The notes beneath the pieces are model-generated. The model was not told the origin of the DNA. It was given only the letters and a program-made list of their open reading frames with translations, and did no database searches. A program made the translations under genes and the position numbers. Positions 38,033 to 48,375 of a DNA stretch of 64,000 bases are shown one piece after another. Position 1 is the stretch's first letter. The number at the start of each line of letters is the position of its first letter. The stretch is from Candidatus Poribacteria bacterium. GTDB lineage: Bacteria; Poribacteria; WGA-4E; GCA-2687025. Location of the stretch: positions 3,040,001-3,104,000 of the forward strand of contig OY762492.1 in the NCBI GenBank assembly GCA_963665845.2, read 5' to 3'.

Positions 38033-41000
38033 ATGGACGCAAAGACGCTGGTCGCGGCGGCGGGAATCGGATTGCTCGCGTTTCTGTTTTATCCGAGAAC
38101 GGACGAGACGACAACGACGGGGACTGCCGAATGGGTCGAGACCGCGAAGCAGATCGACGGGGAACCCATCAAGCTTGCCAGCTGGGGGAGAGACGATCCG
38201 CCGTCCGCAACACTCGACCTCCGCTTCATCTATCGGCTGGATAGGGCGCAGATCGAGTTTGAAAACGCCGCTGAAGACGGACCGAGAGCGTATGAGATCG
38301 TTGTCAGCAAGGAGAGAAGCGAGGGGTTTCAGCGCGTCTTTACCTTCAAAAGCTCCTCCCGAAACTATCCATACGCCGCGCTCGAATTTCAAAACCGACA
38401 AGAAGGGCGATGGGTTCAGGCGGCGGTCAATGACTGGTTCAGCGTCAAGCCCGCTGTCAAGGCGTTTCGGGTTGGCGCTGTCTATACGCGCGGCTGGAGT
38501 CCGATAGCGCGCGTCGATACTTCCCACAACAGAGCTGACGCCAACCGGCTCATGGACGGCGTCTTGGCGGAGGAGTCGATCTGGGCGGGCGCGGAGGCGT
38601 CGTCAGAAGAAAAAGAAGGCGAAACGGCAACGCCGTTTCAAACGCCCGCTGAACAGGTGTGGGCGGTTGTGGAGCTGAAGGAGGCGGCGGTTGTGTATGG
38701 AATGCGCGTCGCAACAGGGGGAGCTGGCAACGGCGTTCGCGCTTATCGGGCGTATGCGAGTTTGGACGGGGAGCGGTATCGTCTCATGGGTTCGGCGTCT
38801 GATCTGGCGGATGAGCCGATATTGAGCCGTCTGATGTTTCAAGAACCTGTGAAGGCGCGGTATCTGCGCGTCGAGATCAAACAAGACGAATGGCATGGGT
38901 CTTATCCTGCGCTGCGGGAGATCGAAGCGTTCACCGATTCTTACCGCCCCGCGCCGTCCGTTCAACCGCATGGAGAACAGGATGGCGCAGACGGCGTCAG
39001 CTTCATACAGATACGGCGGGACAACTGCGGACGGAGCCTGGAGCGTTCGCCGCATCTGACGCAGGGCTTTCCGTATGACCGAGGCGAAGGCGTCGGCGCG
39101 TCTGACGTTTCACCGCAAAATCGATACGGATGGATCGAAAAGGAAGAAATCGAGGGCGAGGCGGAGGAGAACCTGCGGACGTTCGCTTACCATTACGACG
39201 CAGTCCGTTTTCATTATGACGGGCTTTCAAAGGAGCGCCGCTACACCTTATATGTGTCGTATCTGCAGAATGTTGGCGGGGGCCGCCGTCAAAATCTGAT
39301 TGTGGACGGGTATCTGCTGCATGGGGATTTGCCGGTTCCGACGGCTGCTCAGCCTCCGCGCGTGTTTGCGGTTCCGCCGCAGGCCGTGGAAGACGGGGAG
39401 CTGGTTGTGTCGGTCAATCGGCTGGCGGGACCGAACGCGGTTGTTTCTGAAATCTCGCTTTATGAGTCGGCGCGGTCGGCGGACGAAGCGGTCGCCGATG
39501 AACGCCGAACCGCCAAGATACTCCAAGCGCATGCGCCGATGATCATCGACGGCAAGCTGGACGACTGGAGCCGACTGCATCCGCTGGGCGTCGGGGAGGG
39601 GGAACCGTCTGTCTGGGCGGAATGGGACGAAGCGGCGCTGTATGTGGCGCTGTCGATACCGACGGGGCTTCTCTCGGAGGCGCCGTCGCTGCAGGACGCC
39701 TTTGACCTGTTCATCGACGCGCGGGTGGACGACGCGGAGCATGCGCCGTCGCTTGCCGCCTATCAGAAAGGCGACATTCATATACGGCTGCTGCGCGTCG
39801 GCGCGAAGTTTCCAGCGGCGCGGTATGTGCGTCATGAGACGGGGCAGGGGGCGTCGGCGCCGTTGGGGTTGCCGGCGGTTCAAACGGCGGCGCGCGTGGA
39901 AGGCGGGATTTACACGCTGGAGATCCAGCTGCCGAAAGAGGGCGCGCTTCCCGACTGGGAGCCGAAAATCGACCGCCTGATTGGTTTGAACTACATCCTA
40001 TCGCTTCCGAACACGGAGACGGGGCTTTGGCATCTGTCGGCGCGGCGTCCGCATGATCCGCCGATGCGCTGGCGGCGCTGTCGGCTGATCGGATCGATTC
40101 AGGGGCGTCTGCAGTTCGGCTCCGCGCCGGTCGATTTTGAAACGGCGGACGGCGGCGTCTTTCCATACTTCGCCGGCGGAAGCCTCTGGGCGATGGCGTA
40201 CGATCCGGACGCGAACCGCGACCCGTCCGTTCAGGAGTCGATCTCCGCCGTCGTTATCGGCGCCTTTGACGAGCGGATGCGCCTTGAGCTGCGGGAGGGA
40301 GCGCTGGTTGTTGGAGAGGGGGGCGAAGTAGAGCTGGAGCCGTCCGCCGACAGCGAGCGGTTTTTTGCGCCTGTTCAGACCGAATACGCCGAGGCCCCGT
40401 TGAACGCCCCGGACCGCATCTCGGCGCGGGGGGGAGAGCTGTTGACCGTCTCATACGAGGACTCGTTCGCGCGGCCGGACGGGTCGGCGGAAACCGCCTC
40501 GGCGCAGGCGTCCGCCGTAACAGGCGCGGACGGAGAGATTCAACTGGAACCTGCCGGACGGTTCACCGCCGGCGACATGCTGCGCATCACAGCCGTTGAC
40601 GGCGACGAACATGGGCTGCTTGAAATCGTAGAAGAAACGGCGGCTGAAGATGCCAACGAAACGGCAGAAGACGGTTCCAATGAGGCGGCGGAGGTTCCGA
40701 CTCCGGCTAACGAAGAGGCGGCGGAGGTTCCGACTCCGGCTAATGAGGAGGCGGCGGAGGTTCCGACTCCGGTTAAAAAAAAGGGGCGCGAGGCGGTTGT
40801 GTCGGCGCTGGATCTGGGCGAGGCGCGGGATGTTGAAACGATCCTTTTAAAAGAGAATGAGAGCGGCGCGTATGAAGGCGCGTTGCCGACCGTATACAGC
40901 ATGGAGCCTATCAGGGGGGACGGCGTCTTGCAGATTGCGGGAAATCAGATTGCGCTGGCGGCGTATGTCGACAAGGCGCGGGCAAGCGGAGAAACGGAGG

Positions 41001-43870
41001 TTTCCGTAACCGCCTCGTCGCGCGCCGCGGCGGGGGACACGGCGCGTCTCCAAATACGCATGCCCGGCGGGTCTTTTGAGAAGGGCGCCGTCGACTCGAC
41101 CGCTCTCTTTAGGGCGGGGTCGCCGCTTATTGTGCGCGTGCGCGACGCCGACTTAAACAAAGACTCGTCCGCCGCCGATACAGCGGTCATTCAGGCGGGA
41201 GGCTCCGTTTTGAACGATTCTTTGACGATTGGATTGACCGAGATATTGCCGAATTCCGGGCTTTTTGAAGGCGCTGTCCCGACGCGCTACGGCGTTCAAG
41301 CGGAAGAAAATGAGAGCATCGAAGCGGCGGGCGGGGAACGCATCGTCTTCAAACATCTGGACGCGCTGCAAGCGACGGGCGAGCCGAACGTTCTGGTGGA
41401 GGCGTATGCTGAAGCGGAAACGGGCGGCGACGGACGGCTCGCCGTTGTGCGCGATGACGGCGCGACCGAAACGGCGCTTTTCAACGCCGGCGACCGGCTC
41501 CATCTGCGCTTAGAAGAGCCGGACGACATCGGGCAAGAGGCGCTGGTTCTGCTTGAAACGCGCGGCGACAACGGACAGGCGCTCGACTCCGAGACCGTCA
41601 TTTTGCGCCGCGCCGCCGGCGACTCGACGCTTTATCTTGGGTTCATTGCGACCGCATACGGCGCGGCTGTTCCGTCGGACGATACGATCCAAGCGCGAGG
41701 GGGCGTTGTCGTTCGGGCTGTGTATCGAGACGCGCTGCGCGTCAGCGGCGAAACGAATGTGGAGGCGTTTGCGTCGGCGTCGGCGAACGCGGGGAGCGAC
41801 GGAATAGTGCGGGCGCTTGACCTGTTTGGAGAGGCGGAGACGGACGCTTTCCGCGCGGGTGAAGCGATACTCATTGAGGTGAGGGACGACGACCTGAACG
41901 CGTCGGACGAGGCGATTGAAACGGCGTCGGCGACGGCGCGGGAGGCTTTTTTGGGGGACTCGGTCGTCGTCGTTCTGCGGGAGACGAGCGGGAGCAGCGG
42001 CGTGTTTCGGGGGGAGCTGCGGACGGCGTATGCGGACGCGGCAGTGGAGGACAATGTGCTTCAGGCGCGGGGGCAAAGTTATGCGGTCATTGAGTATATT
42101 GATGCGCTGTCGGGGGACGGGGAGGCGGGGGCTATGCGGACGGCGGCTCTGTATGCGGCGGCGGGCGAGCGGGGGCGCGTCATGGCGTTGACGCTGGACG
42201 GGGGGCGGCGCGTCGGGAACCTCGCGCCGAACGGAACGGCGCTCATACGGGTTGTGGACGGCGATCTGAATGTTGACCCGCTGTTTCGGGAGTCGACCGA
42301 GGTAACAGCGGAGGGCAACCTGCTGGGCGACCAGTTACGGCTTGCGCTGCGTGAAACTGGGGCGGACACGGGCGTGTTTGAGGCGCGGCTGGCGACGGAA
42401 CTTTCTAGCGAGGCGAACCGAAGCGATCTGCTTTTACAGACGGCGGAGCAGGAGACGGTGACGGTCGTTTATGTTGATGGGTTGACCGACGCAGGCGAGC
42501 CGAACGCGCCTGCGAGCGTCCGCCTTGTCGTCGCTGGTTCTAGTCCGGGGCGCATTGAGATTGTGGAGGCGGACGGGTCGGAGATGACAGCGTTTACGGC
42601 GGGGGATTTTCTCTATGTGAGGGTTCAGGATTTGCTTTTGGCGGCGGATCCGAACATTCGCCCTGCGGCGCTGTTCACGGCGTCTGAATCAGGAGACCAG
42701 GCGCGGACCGTTCTGGAGCCTGTTCCAGGGGGAGCGGGGCAATTTTGGGGGCGGATATCGACGCGGTACAGCTTGCTGCCATCAAGGGACGACACGCTGG
42801 ATGTTCGCGGCGGGGAGACGGTCGCGGCAACCTATGCGCCGGAAGGGCTGTTTGGGCGGGTCATCGCGGATGAGACGACGGCGCGGCGGGGTCAACGCGG
42901 TCAACTGACAGCGGCGATGGCGGACGGGTCGCCGCTTCTGGAGCTGGCGCCGGGGGATACGGCGATGGCGCTGTTGTATGACGGCGACCGAAACGCGGAC
43001 CCGTTCGCCGTTGAGACGGTCGAGGCGACGGCGTCGGCGCAGGGAGGAGCGGAACCGATACCTATAGTACTGCAGGAGACGGCGGCGAATTCTGGGGTTT
43101 TTCAAGGCGCGGTTCTCACCTCCTACGGTAGAGAGGCGGATGCGGGAGTCATCGGTCTCACAGGCGGCGAAACAATCAAGGTCGCCTACGTTGATCCGCT
43201 GACGGATACGGGCGAAGCGGGCGTTGAGATTGAAACGACGGTTCGAGTCCGCAAGGTGGGGTTTGCGCCGTATTCTGAAAACAGAGTATCGGTGGACGGC
43301 GTCCCGAACCTGTGGGCTTTGGAGCGGGCGATGAGTTCGTCGGGGGAGGAGATACGGGTTTGGGCGTTGTGGACGCGCGACGCGCTCTATTTTTTCATTC
43401 AGGTTAAAGACGAGTCGATTGTTGTGGAGGATGTGACGCGCTGGCATATCGGCTCCGATGCGGTGGAGCTGCACTTGACGCCGTTTCAGGAGGAGCGGGA
43501 TTTGCCGGGGCATCTGCTGTCGGCGGGGGCGTCGGCGCCTGGGTCTGTTTTTTGGATATGTCCGCGAGGGGGCGGGTATTCAGGCGATCAGCCCTATATC
43601 GGTCAGGCGGCGCCGCGGCGCGTTTATAACCTGTCGGGACGGGCGGGCGCGGGGCTGGCGGTCAAGACGGGGGACGGATACTGGACGCTGGAAGCGCGGC
43701 TGCCGTACGGGGCGGCGCTGGGCGGGTTCGATCCGTTCACGTCTCGGAAGCGGCGGAAGATCGGGTTCAACGTTCTGCTGTACCGCTCGGACGCGGCGCA
43801 GGTCTGGTGGGCGGAACCGCTGCGGCGACCGAGCGGGGCGGGCGTTCTGTATCTGGAGGGCGGTCCGTGA
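38033..43870 (+). CDS. Giant exported/surface protein: discoidin-like domains, two CBM9-like domains and eight ~120-aa acidic repeats
   Basis: 1945 aa; N-terminal hydrophobic helix; LMDG...ARYLRV; IDGKLDDW; repeated D.DLN.D...L.ET...SGVF.G...GGE...Y.D. Confidence 0.8.
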   Translation: MDAKTLVAAAGIGLLAFLFYPRTDETTTTGTAEWVETAKQIDGEPIKLASWGRDDPPSATLDLRFIYRLDRAQIEFENAAEDGPRAYEIVVSKERSEGFQRVFTFKSSSRNYPYAALEFQNRQEGRWVQAAVNDWFSVKPAVKAFRVGAVYTRGWSPIARVDTSHNRADANRLMDGVLAEESIWAGAEASSEEKEGETATPFQTPAEQVWAVVELKEAAVVYGMRVATGGAGNGVRAYRAYASLDGERYRLMGSASDLADEPILSRLMFQEPVKARYLRVEIKQDEWHGSYPALREIEAFTDSYRPAPSVQPHGEQDGADGVSFIQIRRDNCGRSLERSPHLTQGFPYDRGEGVGASDVSPQNRYGWIEKEEIEGEAEENLRTFAYHYDAVRFHYDGLSKERRYTLYVSYLQNVGGGRRQNLIVDGYLLHGDLPVPTAAQPPRVFAVPPQAVEDGELVVSVNRLAGPNAVVSEISLYESARSADEAVADERRTAKILQAHAPMIIDGKLDDWSRLHPLGVGEGEPSVWAEWDEAALYVALSIPTGLLSEAPSLQDAFDLFIDARVDDAEHAPSLAAYQKGDIHIRLLRVGAKFPAARYVRHETGQGASAPLGLPAVQTAARVEGGIYTLEIQLPKEGALPDWEPKIDRLIGLNYILSLPNTETGLWHLSARRPHDPPMRWRRCRLIGSIQGRLQFGSAPVDFETADGGVFPYFAGGSLWAMAYDPDANRDPSVQESISAVVIGAFDERMRLELREGALVVGEGGEVELEPSADSERFFAPVQTEYAEAPLNAPDRISARGGELLTVSYEDSFARPDGSAETASAQASAVTGADGEIQLEPAGRFTAGDMLRITAVDGDEHGLLEIVEETAAEDANETAEDGSNEAAEVPTPANEEAAEVPTPANEEAAEVPTPVKKKGREAVVSALDLGEARDVETILLKENESGAYEGALPTVYSMEPIRGDGVLQIAGNQIALAAYVDKARASGETEVSVTASSRAAAGDTARLQIRMPGGSFEKGAVDSTALFRAGSPLIVRVRDADLNKDSSAADTAVIQAGGSVLNDSLTIGLTEILPNSGLFEGAVPTRYGVQAEENESIEAAGGERIVFKHLDALQATGEPNVLVEAYAEAETGGDGRLAVVRDDGATETALFNAGDRLHLRLEEPDDIGQEALVLLETRGDNGQALDSETVILRRAAGDSTLYLGFIATAYGAAVPSDDTIQARGGVVVRAVYRDALRVSGETNVEAFASASANAGSDGIVRALDLFGEAETDAFRAGEAILIEVRDDDLNASDEAIETASATAREAFLGDSVVVVLRETSGSSGVFRGELRTAYADAAVEDNVLQARGQSYAVIEYIDALSGDGEAGAMRTAALYAAAGERGRVMALTLDGGRRVGNLAPNGTALIRVVDGDLNVDPLFRESTEVTAEGNLLGDQLRLALRETGADTGVFEARLATELSSEANRSDLLLQTAEQETVTVVYVDGLTDAGEPNAPASVRLVVAGSSPGRIEIVEADGSEMTAFTAGDFLYVRVQDLLLAADPNIRPAALFTASESGDQARTVLEPVPGGAGQFWGRISTRYSLLPSRDDTLDVRGGETVAATYAPEGLFGRVIADETTARRGQRGQLTAAMADGSPLLELAPGDTAMALLYDGDRNADPFAVETVEATASAQGGAEPIPIVLQETAANSGVFQGAVLTSYGREADAGVIGLTGGETIKVAYVDPLTDTGEAGVEIETTVRVRKVGFAPYSENRVSVDGVPNLWALERAMSSSGEEIRVWALWTRDALYFFIQVKDESIVVEDVTRWHIGSDAVELHLTPFQEERDLPGHLLSAGASAPGSVFWICPRGGGYSGDQPYIGQAAPRRVYNLSGRAGAGLAVKTGDGYWTLEARLPYGAALGGFDPFTSRKRRKIGFNVLLYRSDAAQVWWAEPLRRPSGAGVLYLEGGP
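40682..40773 (+). repeat. 33-bp in-frame tandem repeat, about three copies (EAAEVPTPANE)
   Basis: GAGGCGGCGGAGGTTCCGACTCCGG occurs three times at 33-bp spacing. Confidence 0.95.
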
Positions 43871-43973
43871 GTTTCTAAAAATTTGGTCAAAATAAATAAA
43901 ACGCTTGCAATGCGCGGCGAGTTACAGTAAGTTACTGAGTAACGGCATCGGAAGACGATAGGCTCAAGCATGA

Positions 43974-46070
43974 GTGGGGCATGAGATGGCGCATCTGGAG
44001 AAGATTTCAGCGATTCTCAGGGATAGCAATTACCGCCTAGATTTGTTCACCGACGATGAAGTCCGAAATCTGGACGATAAAATCAAAATGCTAAAAAGCA
44101 GGAGCGTTCCGCTTATTGAATGCACCTTTCGGAAAAAGTCGGTTCAAGCAAAGCCGGAGGAGCTGGTTCGCCAACTCTACGCGGACCGCCTCTGGGATTA
44201 CTACGGCTATCAGGATCGCATCAGGTTTGAGCATCTTGTGAACTTCGGACGCGAACGAAAGCGCGCCGATATCGTCATCCTCGACAAGGAAAGGGAGGAG
44301 TATCCTTATATCATCGTTGAGGTGAAGAAGCCGAAGCTGCAAGATGGTAAGGCGCAGCTGCGTTCTTACACAAACGCAACAGGCGCGCCTATCGCTGTCT
44401 GGACCAACGGAGAGAAAATTTCTCACTACTATCGCAGGGACCCGAACTACTTTGAGGAAATCACCGACATTCCGAAGGCGGACCAGACGCTCGCGGACAT
44501 TATCAAGGAACGGTTTACGCTTAAAAATCTCATTCTCAAAGACAAGCTGTTCACGGAGCGCAAATCCTTAAAGGATGTCATTTTAGACCTGGAGGATGAG
44601 GTGCTGGCGAACGCCGGGGTTGACGTCTTTGAGGAGGTGTTCAAGCTGATCTTCACGAAGCTCTACGACGAGTTCAAAAGTCGCGACGACAAAGAATTTA
44701 TCAACCGCATCTTGCGTCAAAAAGCGAACGTCGAAATCCGAGAATCTAGCGCGCCATACGGTTCTGGCGTACCCGATCATGAAACCATCAGAAATGCGGT
44801 TGCGGATATTTCAGATGATGATTTTCGTCGTATGGAATTTCGCAACACCGGGCAAACCGATGCCGAGCTCAATGCAAAAATACACAGGCTATTCAAAGAA
44901 GCAAAAAGCCAATGGAGCGGCGTCTTCCCGGACTATTCAGAGTTTGAGCTTTCGGACAGCCACCTCGCCGTTTGCGTGTCCAGCTTGCAGGATGTAAGAT
45001 TGTTCAACTCCAACCTGCAGATTGTTGATGAAGCGTTTGAGTACCTTGTCAGCAAATCGGCGAAAGGCAAAAAGGGGCAGTACTTCACCCCGCGCCACGT
45101 GATCGATATGTGCGTCAAAATGCTGAACCCGAAACGCGGCGAATACATGATTGACACGGCGGCGGGAAGCTGCGGCTTTCCGGTGCATACCATTTTCAAG
45201 CTAACTGGTACGCTTTTCACGAACGCGGAAATTCCAAAAGAGGATAAGGAAAACGTCCTCAAGGTGTTCGGCATCGATTTCGATGAAAAAGCTGTAAGGG
45301 TCGCGCGGACGCTTAACCTGATTGCAGGCGATGGCGAAACAAATGTCCTGCATCTCAACACGCTCGACTATAAGCGGTGGAACGAGCGGACAGAACGGTG
45401 GATAAAGACATACGGCAAAGGATATGATCGGCTCAGAGACAGAGCGTCGCCCCGCGGACAGAACAAAACGTTCGACTTCGATATTCTGATGGCGAATCCT
45501 CCATTTGCCGGCGACATCAAGGAGAGTCGCATCCTCCATCAATACAGCATCAGCTTCAGAGAAAACGGCAAAGCGTATTCGAAAGTCGGGCGCGACATTC
45601 TGTTCATTGAGCGAAATCTGGATTTCTTGAAACCCGGCGGACGCATGGCGATCGTGTTGCCGCAAGGAAGATTCAACAACACAACCGATCAACGCATCCG
45701 AGAGTTTGTCGCGGAGCGCGCCCGCATCTTGGCGGTTGTCAGTCTGCATGTCAACACATTCAAGCCGCATACGGGGACGAAAACTAGCGTTCTGTTTCTG
45801 CAGAAGTGGGACGCAGAATCAACTGAGGAGCCGGTCTGCCCCAAAGTAAGCGACTACCCGATCTTTTTTGCGGTCAGCGAAAAAAGCGGCAAAGACAACT
45901 CCGGCAAGTATGTGTATCTTGAAAGCAGCGGCGGGAAATACAAAATGGATCGAAATGGCCACCTGATTGTGGAGCACGATCTGCACAATCACGATGGCGA
46001 ACTGCCCGACGGCGTCGCCGAAGCGTTTATCGAATGGGCGAAAAAAGAAAAACTGAGTTTCTGGTCATGA
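43974..46070 (+). CDS. Fused restriction nuclease (HsdR_N-like PD-(D/E)XK) / N6-adenine methyltransferase
   Basis: PEELVRQ, RADIV...IVEVK, WTNG; GQYFTPR, DTAAGSCGF, ANPPF. Confidence 0.92.
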   Translation: MGHEMAHLEKISAILRDSNYRLDLFTDDEVRNLDDKIKMLKSRSVPLIECTFRKKSVQAKPEELVRQLYADRLWDYYGYQDRIRFEHLVNFGRERKRADIVILDKEREEYPYIIVEVKKPKLQDGKAQLRSYTNATGAPIAVWTNGEKISHYYRRDPNYFEEITDIPKADQTLADIIKERFTLKNLILKDKLFTERKSLKDVILDLEDEVLANAGVDVFEEVFKLIFTKLYDEFKSRDDKEFINRILRQKANVEIRESSAPYGSGVPDHETIRNAVADISDDDFRRMEFRNTGQTDAELNAKIHRLFKEAKSQWSGVFPDYSEFELSDSHLAVCVSSLQDVRLFNSNLQIVDEAFEYLVSKSAKGKKGQYFTPRHVIDMCVKMLNPKRGEYMIDTAAGSCGFPVHTIFKLTGTLFTNAEIPKEDKENVLKVFGIDFDEKAVRVARTLNLIAGDGETNVLHLNTLDYKRWNERTERWIKTYGKGYDRLRDRASPRGQNKTFDFDILMANPPFAGDIKESRILHQYSISFRENGKAYSKVGRDILFIERNLDFLKPGGRMAIVLPQGRFNNTTDQRIREFVAERARILAVVSLHVNTFKPHTGTKTSVLFLQKWDAESTEEPVCPKVSDYPIFFAVSEKSGKDNSGKYVYLESSGGKYKMDRNGHLIVEHDLHNHDGELPDGVAEAFIEWAKKEKLSFWS

Positions 46071-46894
46071 CATACATCGGAAATGAACTCCAGTGGAAGC
46101 AGCTTGTCGAGGTTGACTGGTTGGGACAGTACGTTAAAGCATGGGTCGCCTTCAACGCTTGGTATAGCAATAATTTCAGGCATCCGGACGCGGGAAAACG
46201 CTTTAGAGATCGCGAAATCATCGAAAAAATCAAAAACGATGAAGGCAATGTCCGTTCAAAAGTAGAGCGTTTGCTATCAGGGGAAGGATCCGACCAAAAG
46301 TCTTTCCAGACAAACTTGGCGGACCTTCACAAATCCTTGGGAGATGTTACTGTGAAGTTGAGTGGGATACGTGTTTCATTCGAAGAAGTTGAAGATTATA
46401 AATCCGCAAAATCTATCGATAGAAAGCATTTCGGGATACAATACAATATAGAAGTTAATCCCGACAAAAGAAATCGGTTAATAACGGTTAAAAACAGAGC
46501 GAATACGAATATTTTCGATGAAGTTATTACGTCAAGCGATGAGGAAAAGTTTAAAGGCGTTAAATGGTTTGAGGATTTGAGGGAAAGTGGGTTTTTTGTA
46601 AAACTAAACCCCCATCAAATGAAATATCTTAGGACTTATATTACAGAATCGACACCCATCCACAATTTATTATACAAACATGTCGGTGATTTCACCGATC
46701 CCGACGTGTCTTACATAGATATTGGACAGTATAAATTTATTAACGATAAAGTTTTAATTGCGCGATCGCTCATTGAAATTTTATACAAATTAAGAAATTC
46801 GCTCTTCCATGGTGAAGTTGTGCCGAATGATGTCCAAAATGTGTACCAAAACGCTTATTTGATCTTGAAATATATAATACCTGATGGAGTATGA
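46067..46894 (+). CDS. Putative HEPN-domain protein
   Basis: WVAFNAWY near N-terminus and LYKLRNSLFHG (RxxxxH) near C-terminus; ATGA overlap with methyltransferase stop; AT-rich. Confidence 0.75.
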   Translation: MTYIGNELQWKQLVEVDWLGQYVKAWVAFNAWYSNNFRHPDAGKRFRDREIIEKIKNDEGNVRSKVERLLSGEGSDQKSFQTNLADLHKSLGDVTVKLSGIRVSFEEVEDYKSAKSIDRKHFGIQYNIEVNPDKRNRLITVKNRANTNIFDEVITSSDEEKFKGVKWFEDLRESGFFVKLNPHQMKYLRTYITESTPIHNLLYKHVGDFTDPDVSYIDIGQYKFINDKVLIARSLIEILYKLRNSLFHGEVVPNDVQNVYQNAYLILKYIIPDGV

Positions 46895-46897
46895 TCT

Positions 46898-48310
46898 TTG
46901 CGACATTCAGCCGTTAATTCCTCAGAAGTTGCGCGCGTCGGCGGATTTAGAATCGACGCAGATTATTGGGATCCTGTCTATATTGAAAACAGCAAACTGG
47001 TTTCATCTGGGTACAGGTTGAAAGATTTTGTATCTCCGCATATCGCCAACATCAAAACTTCCCCTGTCAACCGAGACTTCGAGTATCTGGAAATCTCCCG
47101 AATCTCGATGACCAACGTTGAATATCGAACAGCTACGGTGGCGCAAGGTGCAGCGCCGGACCGCGCCCGTCACATCTTACAGAAAGGGGATGTGGTCGTG
47201 TCTACCGTCAGGCCTAACCGAAACGCTGTCGCCCTGATTGAAGAGGATGGCGTGGTCGGTAGCAGCGGCTTGTCGGTTCTAAGACCGAGTGCCACTGTCT
47301 TAAGAGGCAAGATAGAAAGCGAGTACTTGTTTGCGTTTTGCAAGACCCGCTACTTTGTAAACTGCCTAATGCGGGCAAACAAGGCGAGCATGTACCCGGC
47401 TGTTTCAAACGCTGATGTGCTGAATACGCCATTTTATAGTGCTTCCGAATCTTTCAGAAATCAAGTCGCGCGGATAGTCCGACGCTCTATTTCCTGTCTA
47501 TCTGAAGCTAAGACGCAGCGCGCTGAAGCCGAAGCGATACTCCTCTCTGAAGTCGGCTTAGCCGACTGGCGTCCGGAGCAGGAGCTCGCTTTCGTCAAAA
47601 ACTACTCTGACGCGTGGCACGTTGAACGCATAGACGCCGACTACTTCCAGCCGAAATACGACGAAATCGTTGACGCGATCAAGGCGTATCCGGATGGCTG
47701 GGATACGCTGGGGAATCTATGTTCAACAAAAAGAGGTTCTTTAATCAAAGATTCATTCTATGATAAAAAAGAAGGAACACCTTATATTCGAGGAGGTAAC
47801 TTCTCTGGCGGCGTATTATCATACAAAAACATGGTTTATATCAATTCTGAATTTAAGCATTCAAAGGAGACACAAGTATATGAAAATGACATTGTTTTTT
47901 CCTTAATTGGCAGCGTCGGGGAATCTGCGCTTGTTACAAAAGAATTCCATGGCGCATATATATCAAACAATACTGGCAAAATAGAATGTAAATCGCTCAT
48001 TTTTGCTACTTTTCTCCAAATTTTACTTGCGTCAATTGTCGGGAAATCGTATTTTGAGAAGTATAAAACCCAAACTGCCCAGCCAAAAATATCGGACAAA
48101 GATTTGCATAATTTTGTTATTCCTATTCTGTCTACAGACAAGCAACGCCAAATTGAGCGAAAGGTCGCCGAGGTCTCTGAATCTCTCAACCTGCGCCAGC
48201 GTTCCAAAGAGCTTTTGGAATGCGCCAAGCGCGCTGTAGAGATCGCCATTGAGCAGGATGAGCAAACCGCCATCGACTGGCTGCGTCAAAAGACGGAGGG
48301 CGGCGCCTAA
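46898..48310 (+). CDS. hsdS: Restriction-modification specificity (S) subunit, two TRDs
   Basis: RIDADY repeated twice, STVRP, coiled-coil spacer, C-terminal SKELLECAKRAVEIAIE. Confidence 0.88.
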   Translation: MRHSAVNSSEVARVGGFRIDADYWDPVYIENSKLVSSGYRLKDFVSPHIANIKTSPVNRDFEYLEISRISMTNVEYRTATVAQGAAPDRARHILQKGDVVVSTVRPNRNAVALIEEDGVVGSSGLSVLRPSATVLRGKIESEYLFAFCKTRYFVNCLMRANKASMYPAVSNADVLNTPFYSASESFRNQVARIVRRSISCLSEAKTQRAEAEAILLSEVGLADWRPEQELAFVKNYSDAWHVERIDADYFQPKYDEIVDAIKAYPDGWDTLGNLCSTKRGSLIKDSFYDKKEGTPYIRGGNFSGGVLSYKNMVYINSEFKHSKETQVYENDIVFSLIGSVGESALVTKEFHGAYISNNTGKIECKSLIFATFLQILLASIVGKSYFEKYKTQTAQPKISDKDLHNFVIPILSTDKQRQIERKVAEVSESLNLRQRSKELLECAKRAVEIAIEQDEQTAIDWLRQKTEGGA

Positions 48311-48375
48311 GATTCCCGCGCGTTACGTTTACCGCAAGGGGCAAGGGCGGGAATGACCGACCGGACGCGCGCTCA

